From Limnochordia bacterium (GTDB lineage Bacteria > Bacillota > Limnochordia > DTU080): DNA of 64,000 nt. The notes beneath the pieces are model-generated. The model did no database searches and had not been told where the DNA came from. It saw nothing but the letters and a program-made list of their open reading frames with translations. The position numbers and the translations under genes are program-made. Location: contig JBMNJG010000006.1 of assembly GCA_050951545.1 (NCBI GenBank), forward strand, positions 96,001 to 160,000, read 5' to 3'. This document shows positions 10,393 through 20,329 of this stretch, one piece after another (positions within the stretch are counted from its first letter, which is position 1; every line of letters begins with the position of its first letter).

Positions 10393-11652
10393 ATGCGTAA
10401 TACCGTTTCCACTGCGGCGTGCTTTGGCATGCTCTGTGTGATGCTCCTGTCAGTAACCGCGGGCAGCTCAGACGTGAACTTGAAGACAGCCATGTGGATC
10501 GCGGCCGGACCGGAAGTCGATCAGACTCAGGCGATTTTCGATACCTACATGGCGGCCAATCCTGGGGTTAAGCTAGAGCTCTTGTACCAAAGCTACTCTG
10601 GGTACCACGACAAAATGCTCACCCTGGCCGCAGGAGGCGTAGCTCCGGATGTAATGGTAATATCCCGAATCTTCGTGCCCCCCTTCGCCGAAAACGGTGT
10701 CATTCAACCAGTCGACCGCTGGATTGCCCGCGACAGACTCAATCTACAGCGAGATGTCACGGAAATAGCCTCGGGTACTTGGAATGGGAAAGTGTATGGG
10801 ATACCGATCTGGGGAGGTCCCTTCATTTTCTACTATAACGTCGATATGTTCTCGACCCTAGGCCTGCCCCAACCCAGCGACCTCTCCAGGCGCAATGACT
10901 GGACCTGGGACCGCCTCATCGAGTTGGGGAAGAAGATCACCCGAGATACCGATGGTAACGGAGTGAAGGATGTATTTGCCGTGCCCGCTCCGACATACTG
11001 GGAGGCCTACTGGTATACCTTCATCCGTACGTTTGGCGGAGACATGATCCAAAACAACCGAGTTGTGGTAGACTCCCCTGAAGCCACACGTGGCCTACAG
11101 CTCTTCGCCGACATGCGATGGACCCATCATATTGCCGCGCAACCTGGGGAGCCATCGAGCTTTGTGAGAGGGACTCAGGCTCTAGACCATCAGTGGGTGT
11201 CAGAAGCCCCCAACATCTACAATAGCATCCGAAACACTTTCACCATAGACATGGTGACCATGCCTTCGGGCCCCGCCGGACGTTTCCACACCGCGGGTGG
11301 CTGCCCAGTATGCGTGTCCTCAAGCAGCCAGTTCCCCGAAGAGGCGTATAAGTTTGCCACGTGGTTTGCCATGTATAGCGATGAGTGGCGTCTGCGTGGC
11401 ATTCCCGCTTCCATGAACACCACTAGGCGCGAATACCGTGAATACCTGGGCCAGTTTTTTGCCTCACCAGACGCCCTGATAGAAGCCCTCTCCGGGCCCA
11501 CGGCGATAGAACCCTCGGTGCATCCTCAAATCTCACAACTGCAGTCTGCGTGGAAACCGATCTTCAATACCCTCATCGCGGGCAGGATCAGCGGCACCGA
11601 AGCCGCCGCACAGTTGGCCCGTAGCACCAACGCCGTACTAGGTACCAAGTGA
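10393..11652 (+). CDS. ABC transporter solute-binding protein, family 1
   Basis: signal peptide, ANPGVKLE, AGGVAPDV, GKVYGIP, WTWD, PEEAYKF; RBS GGAGGT. Confidence 0.9.
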   Translation: MRNTVSTAACFGMLCVMLLSVTAGSSDVNLKTAMWIAAGPEVDQTQAIFDTYMAANPGVKLELLYQSYSGYHDKMLTLAAGGVAPDVMVISRIFVPPFAENGVIQPVDRWIARDRLNLQRDVTEIASGTWNGKVYGIPIWGGPFIFYYNVDMFSTLGLPQPSDLSRRNDWTWDRLIELGKKITRDTDGNGVKDVFAVPAPTYWEAYWYTFIRTFGGDMIQNNRVVVDSPEATRGLQLFADMRWTHHIAAQPGEPSSFVRGTQALDHQWVSEAPNIYNSIRNTFTIDMVTMPSGPAGRFHTAGGCPVCVSSSSQFPEEAYKFATWFAMYSDEWRLRGIPASMNTTRREYREYLGQFFASPDALIEALSGPTAIEPSVHPQISQLQSAWKPIFNTLIAGRISGTEAAAQLARSTNAVLGTK

Positions 11653-11659
11653 GGATGGT

Positions 11660-11694
11660 AGGGCGCCACGCATAGACAACGTGCGTGGCGCCCT
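11660..11694. terminator. Bidirectional terminator hairpin
   Basis: AGGGCGCCACGCA...TGCGTGGCGCCCT 13-bp stem between convergent genes. Confidence 0.7.
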
Positions 11695-11735
11695 CTTCTC
11701 ATCACAGGCGATTGACAGATCGCCTGGAACGCTAT

Positions 11736-12278
11736 CTAGCCCCTCCCGGTACTCGGCGGCCAAAGCACCACACGACCCACGGCCACAAAGATTTTATCGC
11801 CGTTTTTCCCGTTAAGGTTCCACGTGCTGACCACGACTCCTTTGTTGGCGCTTGACGCCTCTACCCATTCAAACTTGGTGTAGTCCTCGTCTAGCCAACG
11901 GGAGAACAGGCCCATGTGAGTGACTCGCTCGGTGGTGCTGGTGACAAACACCAAGTCGCCCGGCCACACCTCACGTGGCCGCATCGGTTTTACGTTATAC
12001 ACAAAAAGCACATGGGCCGTGGTGCGGGCGGCTAGAGAGTCACCAGTGTACCATTTAATCCCAGGCACCGATTGGTTGTATGCCCAGATGGCCAACCCGG
12101 AGCAGTCAAAACCAGACGGGGTCTGCCCTCCCCACACATAGCGGGTTCCCAACATCGTGAAGGCCGCCTGTAAAGCTGCCTCCGCTTGTTCCTGCGTGAC
12201 CATAGGCGGCATCTGCCGAGCAGCGCAACTTGCGGTCATTATGCATACACACACGATAATCTGTATTACCCGGCGCAT
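11736..12278 (-). CDS. NlpC/P60 family (C40) peptidase, probable lipoprotein
   Basis: YVWGG..PSGFDCSG catalytic Cys motif, PGDLVF, THMGL; lipobox-like TASC; start moved to MRRVIQ. Confidence 0.9.
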   Translation of the reverse strand: MRRVIQIIVCVCIMTASCAARQMPPMVTQEQAEAALQAAFTMLGTRYVWGGQTPSGFDCSGLAIWAYNQSVPGIKWYTGDSLAARTTAHVLFVYNVKPMRPREVWPGDLVFVTSTTERVTHMGLFSRWLDEDYTKFEWVEASSANKGVVVSTWNLNGKNGDKIFVAVGRVVLWPPSTGRG

Positions 12279-12689
12279 ACCCCGTGCTCCCGAGATCAAA
12301 TCTCAATCTGCATACCACCCCAGCGGACTCCCGCTGGGTTCAGTTTGGCCTCCATCTTCTCATGTAGCATGCCGCCGTTGGGTGAGAGATGATTGGCCAC
12401 GAAAACCGTCCCCACGTGGGCCGTGCCCGCGGCCAGCATCCGCTACGAATTCTGATGGCCCCGTTCAACGAGCCGTCGCCGCTGACGAAGTCACGATCGC
12501 CGTGGTCCCCACCGGAGTTGTCTTTGGGCTCATAGCATCGTTACAGACTTCGTTGAGGATTACCTGCATCCTGTCTCTGTTGGGAGTGACGTCGTGTTGC
12601 AGCAAAGACACATTTTGGCAGTAGCAGAGGGCTATTGGCCAAGGAGTTGGCCCCGGGTCAGATGAGGCACGAAACAGCGTAGTGCAAAC

Positions 12690-12738
12690 GAGAGGGAGGG
12701 CACCACACTGGTTAGTCGAGCGTGGCACCCTCCCTCTC
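12690..12738 (-). terminator. Hairpin downstream of SBP gene
   Basis: GAGAGGGAGGG...CCCTCCCTCTC inverted repeat. Confidence 0.5.
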
Positions 12739-12762
12739 ACACAACAGATTCTGCGTTGCGTC

Positions 12763-14040
12763 CTACTGCTGGTCCAGAAGCACCTGGATCTTCGATGCCG
12801 CGTTCCGCATCTCATTACCGATGGGAGCTTGCTTAGAAAAGACGTTCTTGAGATGCTCAGTCATAATGGTGTTGGCCTCAGGATACGAGTTCCAGTAATC
12901 CATGGTGTACACCAGGTTGGGCCCGTAGAATACATTCATCACCCAGTCGCGAGCATAGGCGCCCTTCTCCGGACCTAGCATGCCGAAGAACTCGTTCCAT
13001 AGATCGTTGTAGGGTCCTGAGGGTTGGCGCTTGAGATCCAACACCATAGCCTTTTGTCCCTCATAACTCATCAACCATTCAGCTAGACGCCATGCTGCTT
13101 CAGGATGCCGAGAAGCTACTGGTATGGAGAACAAGTGGCCTTGAGCAAAGCTCAGTTGCCCTGCGGGTGCCTTGGGCATAAGAGCAAAAGCCCAATCATG
13201 TGTCACCCGGTCAGCAAAGGCCGCCGCGTATGATAGCCACCCCATCCACAGAGCAACCCCGCCCCGATAGTAATCCCCTTTGTGACTCCAAGCCCCGGGC
13301 CATCCAGGTGTGACGTTCAAGCTGTTTTGCAGCTCGTCCCAGAAGGAGATCATCTCCAGATAACTGGGACTGTCCACCAGTGCCTTCCGACGATCTGCAC
13401 TCACCCAGTCCTCGCCAGTCCAGATGCGAGACCACTGGAGATTCTGCGTGCTCGCTACTGCCGGGACATTGATGGTCCCATAGACGCGTTTCGTGGGGTT
13501 GGTCAGCTTGCGGGTGAGACTGCGCAGGTCATCCACAGTCCAGCTGCTGTCAGGCGCTGCAACCCCGCTCTCAAGAATATGGTCCATGTTTACATACCAA
13601 ATATGCGAGTTGAAGTCGAAGGGCACGCCGTAGAGACGCCCGCCACTTTTGGCTGCCTCGAGAACGAACGGATAGAGCCGTGTGCGCTTGATCACACTGC
13701 TCTTCTCCCATTCAGGGGTAATATCACGTAGCAGACCGAGTTCGATGTATTTCGGCTTGTACTGCGCCCAGGTCTGCATCAGATCTGGAGCTACGCCAGC
13801 TGCGATGAGCGTCATGATTTTCTCGTTGTACTCTCCGAATGTATAGATCTGTACCTCTACCGTGATGTCCGGGTTGGCCTTCATAAATGGACGTAGCATG
13901 TTCTGCCAGTCTTCCGCCTTCAGGCCGCCCATAGAGTATGTAGCCAACTGAATCGTCGTCTGGGACGCACTGCAGTTGACCGCTAGGACGGTCAGCACGA
14001 CTAGTACCATGGTGAGGATCCGGACTCGACCGCGATTCAT
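12763..14040 (-). CDS. ABC transporter solute-binding protein, family 1
   Basis: start MNRGRV after GAAGGGAG; ANPDITVEV, IAAGVAPDL, GRLYGVP, HPEAAWRL. Confidence 0.9.
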   Translation of the reverse strand: MNRGRVRILTMVLVVLTVLAVNCSASQTTIQLATYSMGGLKAEDWQNMLRPFMKANPDITVEVQIYTFGEYNEKIMTLIAAGVAPDLMQTWAQYKPKYIELGLLRDITPEWEKSSVIKRTRLYPFVLEAAKSGGRLYGVPFDFNSHIWYVNMDHILESGVAAPDSSWTVDDLRSLTRKLTNPTKRVYGTINVPAVASTQNLQWSRIWTGEDWVSADRRKALVDSPSYLEMISFWDELQNSLNVTPGWPGAWSHKGDYYRGGVALWMGWLSYAAAFADRVTHDWAFALMPKAPAGQLSFAQGHLFSIPVASRHPEAAWRLAEWLMSYEGQKAMVLDLKRQPSGPYNDLWNEFFGMLGPEKGAYARDWVMNVFYGPNLVYTMDYWNSYPEANTIMTEHLKNVFSKQAPIGNEMRNAASKIQVLLDQQ

Positions 14041-14400
14041 GCAATCATTATCTCCCTTCGCAAGTAAACGAATGCTGCGTTCCTTCTCATCATCAACTCG
14101 CCTTGAATCAGGCATTCAACGTCGCGCACTACCGCTCCTGTCCGCTGCTACCGTCTGTATACCCACACCTCCGCTTATTTTCCCTGTGCTGTGCTTTGCA
14201 CAAGTCTTTCACTCTACGATGACTTGACTGAACTGACGCTTCCATAACTCCAGGTCATAGTTACGCATTCTTGTTAGACATGTCCGCCGCCCATTCCTTT
14301 CCGCTTCATGTCCTTCCGGTAGTGGCGTCCCGCAGACTGGAGCAAATCCAAAAGGATTTCTGCCAACCACGCCGAAGACAGCCCTCAACACCTATATGGA

Positions 14401-14566
14401 CACATGAGGTGCCCCTCTTTGCTGTGAGGGGAGAATAGGGAAGTCGGGCAAGAGCCGACGCGGTCCCGCCACTGTAGCCGGAGAGTCTGGTGCCTAAGCC
14501 ACCCAATCACCTGGGGAAGGCGCACCAGCGACAATGACCCGGAAGCCAGGAGACCTGCCTCATGTG
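14401..14566 (+). promoter_or_regulatory. Cobalamin (B12) riboswitch
   Basis: AGGTG..., AATAGGGAAG, CGGTCCCGCCACTGTA, GGGAAGG, B12 box AGCCAGGAGACCTGCC; P1 CACATGAGG/CCTCATGTG; upstream of nrdD. Confidence 0.95.
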
Positions 14567-14672
14567 CGAAGACCAGTATCTCCTTCGAGGATTGAGGAAA
14601 TGGTCGCCCAACCGCTGTGTGTCGTGCCTTTGCCTTGCAGTACCGGGTCTGTGCGACCAGCGATATGTCGGC

Positions 14673-14698
14673 GCCACTTCTATCCGAAGTGGCTTTTT
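14673..14698 (+). terminator. Intrinsic terminator in the riboswitch leader (expression platform)
   Basis: GCCACTTC-TATCC-GAAGTGGC followed by TTTTT, 68 nt before the nrdD start. Confidence 0.75.
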
Positions 14699-14765
14699 CC
14701 ATCTTAAGCGGGTGGAGTAGCTTCCTCAGTCCTCCAAAAAGAGCCTGGATCATCACAGAGGAGGC

Positions 14766-16904
14766 ATGGTAATGATGATCGCCCACCGCCCGACAACGAT
14801 CATCAAGCGCGATGGCACAGCAGAGCCTTTTGACGCCGAACGAATTCAGAGTGCCATCCAGAAAGCCCTGCGCGCTACTGGAGAAGCCGGATCTAAGACC
14901 GAGAAGGTAGCAGAACAGCTTACGGGCACCATCGTCGTCAAACTGGCCAGCAGTACTGGGCTACCTCGGGTCGAGGAAGTTCAGGACCTCGTGGAGAGAA
15001 CCCTCATGGACCAGGGGTGGCACGCCACTGCCAAGGCGTACATCCTCTACCGCGACCAACGCCGCCAATTGCGCCGCGCCCGCTCGTTAGTTTCCCAAGA
15101 GCTCATTGATCACTACCTCGGCAATGACGACTGGCGCGTGCGAGAGAACGCCAATATCGGCTTCTCGTTGCAGGGGCTCAATATCTACCTGACGGGAGCC
15201 ATGGTCGCCGAGTTCTGGCTCGAGCGCGTCTATCCACAGGAGGTGCGTGAAGCCCATCGCCAAGGCGATCTGCACCTACATGACCTGGGTGTTCTGGGCA
15301 ACTACTGCTGTGGGTGGGACCTACAGGCTCTTCTCATCGAGGGTTTCGGCGGGGTTAGCGGCCACGCTGAAGCTGGGCCACCCAAGCATCTGCGCTCTGC
15401 ACTCGGACAGATGTGCAACTTCCTCTATACTTTGCAGAACGAGGCCGCTGGTGCACAGGCTTTTTCTAATGTAGACACCCTCCTCGCCCCGTACATCCGG
15501 GCCGATGCCCTGAGCGAGGCTGAGCTCATGCAGACCATTCAGGAGGCCCTTTTCAACCTGAATACGCCTACTCGTACTGGTGGACAAGTTCCGTTCACCA
15601 ACTTCTCCTTCGACCTGTTCAGCTCACCCTTCGATCTCGAACCCGCATTGCTGGCTGGCAAAGAGCTGCCCTGGACCTACGGCGAGTTGCAGGAAGAGCG
15701 CTACCGTTTCGTGCGGGCCTTCTGCCGAGTGCTCTTGGCAGGCGATATCAAGGGCCGGGGCTTTACCTATCCCGTCCCGACCTTCAATGTCACACCAGCC
15801 TGGGAAAAAGGGGAGGCGCCGATAGAGGTCTTCCAGCTAGCCGCCAAGTTCGGCAGCCCCTACTTCGCCAACTTCATCAACAGTGAGCTGAGCCCGGATG
15901 ATGTGCGCAGCATGTGTTGTCGGCTGCGCCTCGATAAGCGTGAACTGCTCAACCGCGGCGGAGGCCTCTTTGGCGCCGATCCCATGACGGGCTCCATTGG
16001 CGTGGTCACCATCAATCTCCCCCGCTTAGCCTACCGGAGCAAAGGCTCAGCCGAGGGCTTCTTCCGGCATCTGCATCGCCAGACAGAGCTGGCCGTCACA
16101 GCCCTGTCGGTGCGTCGCAAGGCCCTCGAACGCTTCGCTGAGATGGGGCTCTACCCCTTTAGCTCCCGCTGGCTGGCACCTGTGAAGGAGCGCTTTGGAG
16201 AGCTGTTTGCCAACCACTTCTCCACGATCGGTATCGTGGGAGGTAACGAGATGTGCCTCAACCTGCTCGGTGTGCCGATCACGGACAAGACAGGCAAGGG
16301 GTTTGCCCTTTCCGTGCTTCATTTTCTCCGGGAGCGCTGCGTCGAAGCCCAAGACCACACAGGGCATCTGTTTAACCTCGAGGCAGTTCCGGCCGAAGGG
16401 TGCTCCTACCGTCTGGCACGGCTAGACAAATCGCTCTATCCCGACATTACGGTGGCCAACGAAGAAGCCTGGCGAGAAGGAGCCGCCCCCTACTACACGA
16501 ACTCCACCCATCCCCGCGTCGGTTGGAGCGATGATCCTTTCCTTGTCGTCGAGCATCAAGAGGAACTGCAGAGCCTTTACACCGGAGGCACCGTGACGCA
16601 CTTCTGGTGCGGTGAAGCCCTTCCTGATCCCCAGGCCTGCCAGGAGTTTGTCCTCCAGGTGTGTCGCAGCAGCAGATTGCCCTATGTCACCTTAACGCCA
16701 TCGTTCTCGATCTGCCCCACCCACGGTTACATCCCTGGTGAGCACTTTATCTGTCCAACGTGCCATGAGCCAAGCGAGGTCTGGTCTCGGGTGGTGGGCT
16801 ACTACAGACCCGTGTCGCAGTACAATGCTGGCAAGCAAGCGGAGTTTGGCGACAGAGCCTCTTTCGCTCTGCACAACGATGCCAGGGAGGTGCTTCATCA
16901 GTGA
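14766..16904 (+). CDS. nrdD: Anaerobic (class III) ribonucleoside-triphosphate reductase with N-terminal ATP cone
   Basis: IIKRDG ATP cone, SMCCRL, EAVPAEG, CxxH...CxxC Zn site, glycyl-radical loop SRVVGYYRPV. Confidence 0.95.
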   Translation: MVMMIAHRPTTIIKRDGTAEPFDAERIQSAIQKALRATGEAGSKTEKVAEQLTGTIVVKLASSTGLPRVEEVQDLVERTLMDQGWHATAKAYILYRDQRRQLRRARSLVSQELIDHYLGNDDWRVRENANIGFSLQGLNIYLTGAMVAEFWLERVYPQEVREAHRQGDLHLHDLGVLGNYCCGWDLQALLIEGFGGVSGHAEAGPPKHLRSALGQMCNFLYTLQNEAAGAQAFSNVDTLLAPYIRADALSEAELMQTIQEALFNLNTPTRTGGQVPFTNFSFDLFSSPFDLEPALLAGKELPWTYGELQEERYRFVRAFCRVLLAGDIKGRGFTYPVPTFNVTPAWEKGEAPIEVFQLAAKFGSPYFANFINSELSPDDVRSMCCRLRLDKRELLNRGGGLFGADPMTGSIGVVTINLPRLAYRSKGSAEGFFRHLHRQTELAVTALSVRRKALERFAEMGLYPFSSRWLAPVKERFGELFANHFSTIGIVGGNEMCLNLLGVPITDKTGKGFALSVLHFLRERCVEAQDHTGHLFNLEAVPAEGCSYRLARLDKSLYPDITVANEEAWREGAAPYYTNSTHPRVGWSDDPFLVVEHQEELQSLYTGGTVTHFWCGEALPDPQACQEFVLQVCRSSRLPYVTLTPSFSICPTHGYIPGEHFICPTCHEPSEVWSRVVGYYRPVSQYNAGKQAEFGDRASFALHNDAREVLHQ

Positions 16905-17542
16905 CTCTAGGAGGAATAACGCCGCTCTCTTTGCAGGACTACCCTGGCCGCGCCGCCATAGTACTCTACACTCAGGGCTGTAACCTCAGGTGCCCGTGGT
17001 GTCATAACCCAGAACTGGTCCTTCCACACCGCTTTGGCTCACCGCTGCCGCGCAACGACGTTCTTCATCTGCTGCGCAGACGAAGGCGCTTTTTGCAGGC
17101 TGTGGTGATCTCCGGGGGTGAGCCCACCATGCACGCGGGTCTGGAGGTATTCACGAGAGAACTCAAGGAGCTGGGCTACACAGTCAAACTCGACAGTAAC
17201 GGCTGTCGCCCGCATGTGCTGGAGCAGCTTATGAAGCAGGAGCTCATCGACTACCTGGCACTCGACTATAAGCTCCCTCTGCCCATGTACCACATGCTGG
17301 GCCAGGACGTTCCGACAGAGCGTGTGGAAGCCAGCTTACGTCTGGCTCATACATGGCCACGAGATAAACGGATGATCCGCACGACAGTGGTGCCCCGGCT
17401 CCATACCTTCCGACTGCTGGCGGAGATGGAAGAGGAGCTACACCAACTGAGTGGCGGGGCTCCCCTTCACTGGGTAAAACAACCATTTCGTGCTGGTTCC
17501 TGTCTAGACAGAGCCTATAACGCCCTCACCGCCTCGGGATAG
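16901..17542 (+). CDS. nrdG: Anaerobic RNR activating enzyme (radical SAM)
   Basis: SLQDYPG, CNLRCPWCHN CxxxCxxC, SGGEPT; overlaps nrdD stop. Confidence 0.92.
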   Translation: MTLGGITPLSLQDYPGRAAIVLYTQGCNLRCPWCHNPELVLPHRFGSPLPRNDVLHLLRRRRRFLQAVVISGGEPTMHAGLEVFTRELKELGYTVKLDSNGCRPHVLEQLMKQELIDYLALDYKLPLPMYHMLGQDVPTERVEASLRLAHTWPRDKRMIRTTVVPRLHTFRLLAEMEEELHQLSGGAPLHWVKQPFRAGSCLDRAYNALTASG

Positions 17543-17551
17543 TCGGCAAGG

Positions 17552-17587
17552 AGGTCACGGCCAATGCCCAATGGACAGCCGTGACCT
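17552..17587. terminator. Hairpin between convergent genes
   Basis: AGGTCACGGC...GCCGTGACCT. Confidence 0.55.
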
Positions 17588-17598
17588 TCTACTATCAT

Positions 17599-18945
17599 TC
17601 ATTTGTAGATGCGCCTTAGAGTCCAGCGCATGGAGGTCACCACGTCGTAGGTGACCGCTCCGTCAGTGGACTGCACTGCAGAGTTCCACTGGGCAAACCC
17701 ACTGAGAGTTGGCGCATCTGGGTCAAACGAAGGCCACTCACTGTGCGGAACAACATAAGCTAGTTGAAAGGCACGTATCACGGCCGAGTTCGGGTAGGGC
17801 TCCACTTCTGTCTCGCTATCATGAGAGCCGTCGCAATCGACCCATTTGCGTTGCTGCTTGCCCTCACCTGAGAAGCCAGTCTGTAGGGCCACACCTGTCG
17901 TGACGATGGCTGGCCACACAGAGTAGCTGGGTTGCCGAGGATCCACTCGCAGCTGAATGGGCACAACCCCTGACTCCTTGCCAAAACCGCTTCTCGTGGT
18001 GACCTCTTCGGCGGTAAAGGTCTGCTTAACGCCCTTGTCGCCGCACTCTGCCTGGTAGGTGATATCCACCTGTCGATCACAGTTGCCGTATACCTGAAAT
18101 GTATACTCGCCTGAACCAGAGCCTTCCGTGTTCAGTCGGATGTTGGTAATGCGCATCTTCGCGTCCCACATGTTGCCCTCAGTGACCTTCTCTTTCAGCC
18201 CATCGCTATACGTGTGGCTGGCCCTACCTATACCTGAGACAGCGCGATCGATGGTTATCTCACCCTCCCACTCCGTGGGAATGTGCCTCTCAATCCGAAC
18301 GGTAGCGAAAGCCTCGGTAGGCTGAAACAGTTCCTCACCCAAACCGACACCAAAAGTAGCCGGGTTTAGCGGAATACCCCGCTGCACCTTGGCCATGACT
18401 CGTACCTCACCCTCCTCCACCGTCTTCACTCCGCCCAAAGGCTGGTCGGCCAAGAGGTATAGGTGAGCCGTCGCCACGCCATTTCTGTCAGTGTAGTTCC
18501 ACCAGGTGGGTAGCATCCCTTCCCAGTCATCGCCGTGGAGTTCCGTGTACTTGATCAGGTTCTTAGGGAAGAACCAGCGCACCGGGACTCCTTCCACTGG
18601 ACCTGGTTCGGGTAGCCCAAAGCCCACTACGTCACGCACGTTTCCTGCCGGCAGTTCATTCTGCCAATCAAACAAGAACTGGACCTGCGTCTCCAGACGG
18701 ATGTGGCGACGTTCGTCAGCTTCCCCGGGATCATCTTTCATATGGACGGCCTGACCCTCATCGGGCACATACGTGACTTCAAGCTGCGCTTCATGCCCTA
18801 GCTGGGCCAACGCCCGATGGGCGATGGTCGCGCCATGCAGCAATCCCTTTCCTACAGTTGCCAGGGATGGCCCTTCGGCGAGAACCGTGGCTGAACAGCA
18901 CAAGAAGAGAACCGTGCCCGTCACCAGCAATGACCACCGCTTCAT
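17599..18945 (-). CDS. Secreted hypothetical protein (beta-rich)
   Basis: 448 aa ORF, signal peptide MKRWSLL...VLA, RBS AAGGGGG; no family recognised. Confidence 0.75.
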   Translation of the reverse strand: MKRWSLLVTGTVLFLCCSATVLAEGPSLATVGKGLLHGATIAHRALAQLGHEAQLEVTYVPDEGQAVHMKDDPGEADERRHIRLETQVQFLFDWQNELPAGNVRDVVGFGLPEPGPVEGVPVRWFFPKNLIKYTELHGDDWEGMLPTWWNYTDRNGVATAHLYLLADQPLGGVKTVEEGEVRVMAKVQRGIPLNPATFGVGLGEELFQPTEAFATVRIERHIPTEWEGEITIDRAVSGIGRASHTYSDGLKEKVTEGNMWDAKMRITNIRLNTEGSGSGEYTFQVYGNCDRQVDITYQAECGDKGVKQTFTAEEVTTRSGFGKESGVVPIQLRVDPRQPSYSVWPAIVTTGVALQTGFSGEGKQQRKWVDCDGSHDSETEVEPYPNSAVIRAFQLAYVVPHSEWPSFDPDAPTLSGFAQWNSAVQSTDGAVTYDVVTSMRWTLRRIYK

Positions 18946-18947
18946 CG

Positions 18948-20246
18948 TCAGATTCCCCCCTTAGCCCGTACAGGATGGGCCATGTCGAGCAACTCAATAT
19001 GCAGAAGCAAGACCTGAACGGCGTCAAGGTAGATGCAGCTGGTCGTCTCGTCTGTACCGCCAGCCAAGATCCCTCTGCGCTCTTGCTTCCAGCTTTCATC
19101 CTCTGGCGGATCTTTCCAGATATGCTCCAGTACCTGCACTTCCCAGTCCGCAAAACGGTAATTGGCCTTGGCCTGCTCAATATTGAAGCCCATGGAGATC
19201 TCGTCATTGCCTATGTCGATGAGACCTGTCACCCCATGGTCTTCTGGTGTGAGACCTTCCCGAACCTGCGCCACATGCTCGGACAGCTCGTTCTGCCGAA
19301 AATCCACCTCCCGCTGGGCCAGCTCCCTCGTGATCTCATTCGCCTGGGACTGGATCTGCTGTCCGGTGGCTGGACCACCTCCTGACATCAGTGGACGCAT
19401 ATTGACCCCAGCAAAACCCTCCCCTATTGGATCGGACAGCTGCTCAGCGCCGTAGGGATCTTCCTCAGGCTCGCCTTCGTCCCCCATGAGCTGCATCAAC
19501 ACAGAGACGTCTCCTCGAGCCAAAGACCCCATCATCTGTTCGAGATTCCCGGCGGACTGCATGGCTCTGAACATCGATGCAACCTCCGCATCGCCCTCCT
19601 CCTCAGCCTGCCTAGCGATATCGCCAAACACCGAGGAGAGGCCTGACGCTGTGGCAGCAGCTCCATCGGAGGGTGTCGGTATCCCTGCACCACTGGCTGC
19701 GGTTGAGCACGTGGGGTCGACGGAGCCAAGCAAGCTAAACGGACGGTCAGTGCGCTGGCCTAAGTCATCAACCAAGCGAATCAGATAGCCCTGCCAGTCT
19801 TCTGGAGCCATCTCCGCTTGTTCGCGCATCTGACGCAGGATAGCCTCAATCGCCTGACCATCGCAGGGCTCATAGCCATCACACGTGGCACCCTCGCGGG
19901 CCCAATCCGCCGCCAGAGTATCCAGCGGTGTGAGAGTACCCCCTAGAAAAGCGCGACTTACCGCCCGCACTTCGACCTCATAGACGCACAGATCGGCACT
20001 CGTTCTCGGGTGTTGCCCTATGGACTGACCTGCCGCATTGCAGACGGGCACACCCAAGCTGTCCAAGAGTTCTACAATAACCTCCTGGACATCGGCAGAC
20101 ATCGCTGCCGCACGCAAGGCCCGTGAGAAGCGGCCCGCCTCGGTGGCTGGCGTCACTGGCGCTGCTCCAGCGCAGACTGTACCTATGACGAAAACAACCG
20201 CAGTGACCCAGCCAATCATTTGTCGACTCATCATGACCACCCCCAT
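18948..20246 (-). CDS. Secreted hypothetical protein (helical, acidic/Met-rich centre)
   Basis: 432 aa ORF with signal peptide, ends 2 nt before the next gene. Confidence 0.75.
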   Translation of the reverse strand: MGVVMMSRQMIGWVTAVVFVIGTVCAGAAPVTPATEAGRFSRALRAAAMSADVQEVIVELLDSLGVPVCNAAGQSIGQHPRTSADLCVYEVEVRAVSRAFLGGTLTPLDTLAADWAREGATCDGYEPCDGQAIEAILRQMREQAEMAPEDWQGYLIRLVDDLGQRTDRPFSLLGSVDPTCSTAASGAGIPTPSDGAAATASGLSSVFGDIARQAEEEGDAEVASMFRAMQSAGNLEQMMGSLARGDVSVLMQLMGDEGEPEEDPYGAEQLSDPIGEGFAGVNMRPLMSGGGPATGQQIQSQANEITRELAQREVDFRQNELSEHVAQVREGLTPEDHGVTGLIDIGNDEISMGFNIEQAKANYRFADWEVQVLEHIWKDPPEDESWKQERRGILAGGTDETTSCIYLDAVQVLLLHIELLDMAHPVRAKGGI

Positions 20247-20329
20247 GTTCCTTCATGTTGTTCTGTAGACAGGACACGGCTGCCGCTAGGGACAGCCGTG
20301 ATCTCTGCTTTCCTCGTATGCTTGCCGCG

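Noticed and set aside
12300-12689. Intergenic region upstream of the NlpC/P60 gene as a riboswitch or ncRNA
   Set aside because: No c-di-AMP, c-di-GMP or other aptamer consensus could be recognised by eye.
16724-16738. GGTTACATC matches inside nrdD (and at ~56724 in an SBP gene)
   Set aside because: Short chance matches in coding sequence that lack the rest of the 40-bp core.
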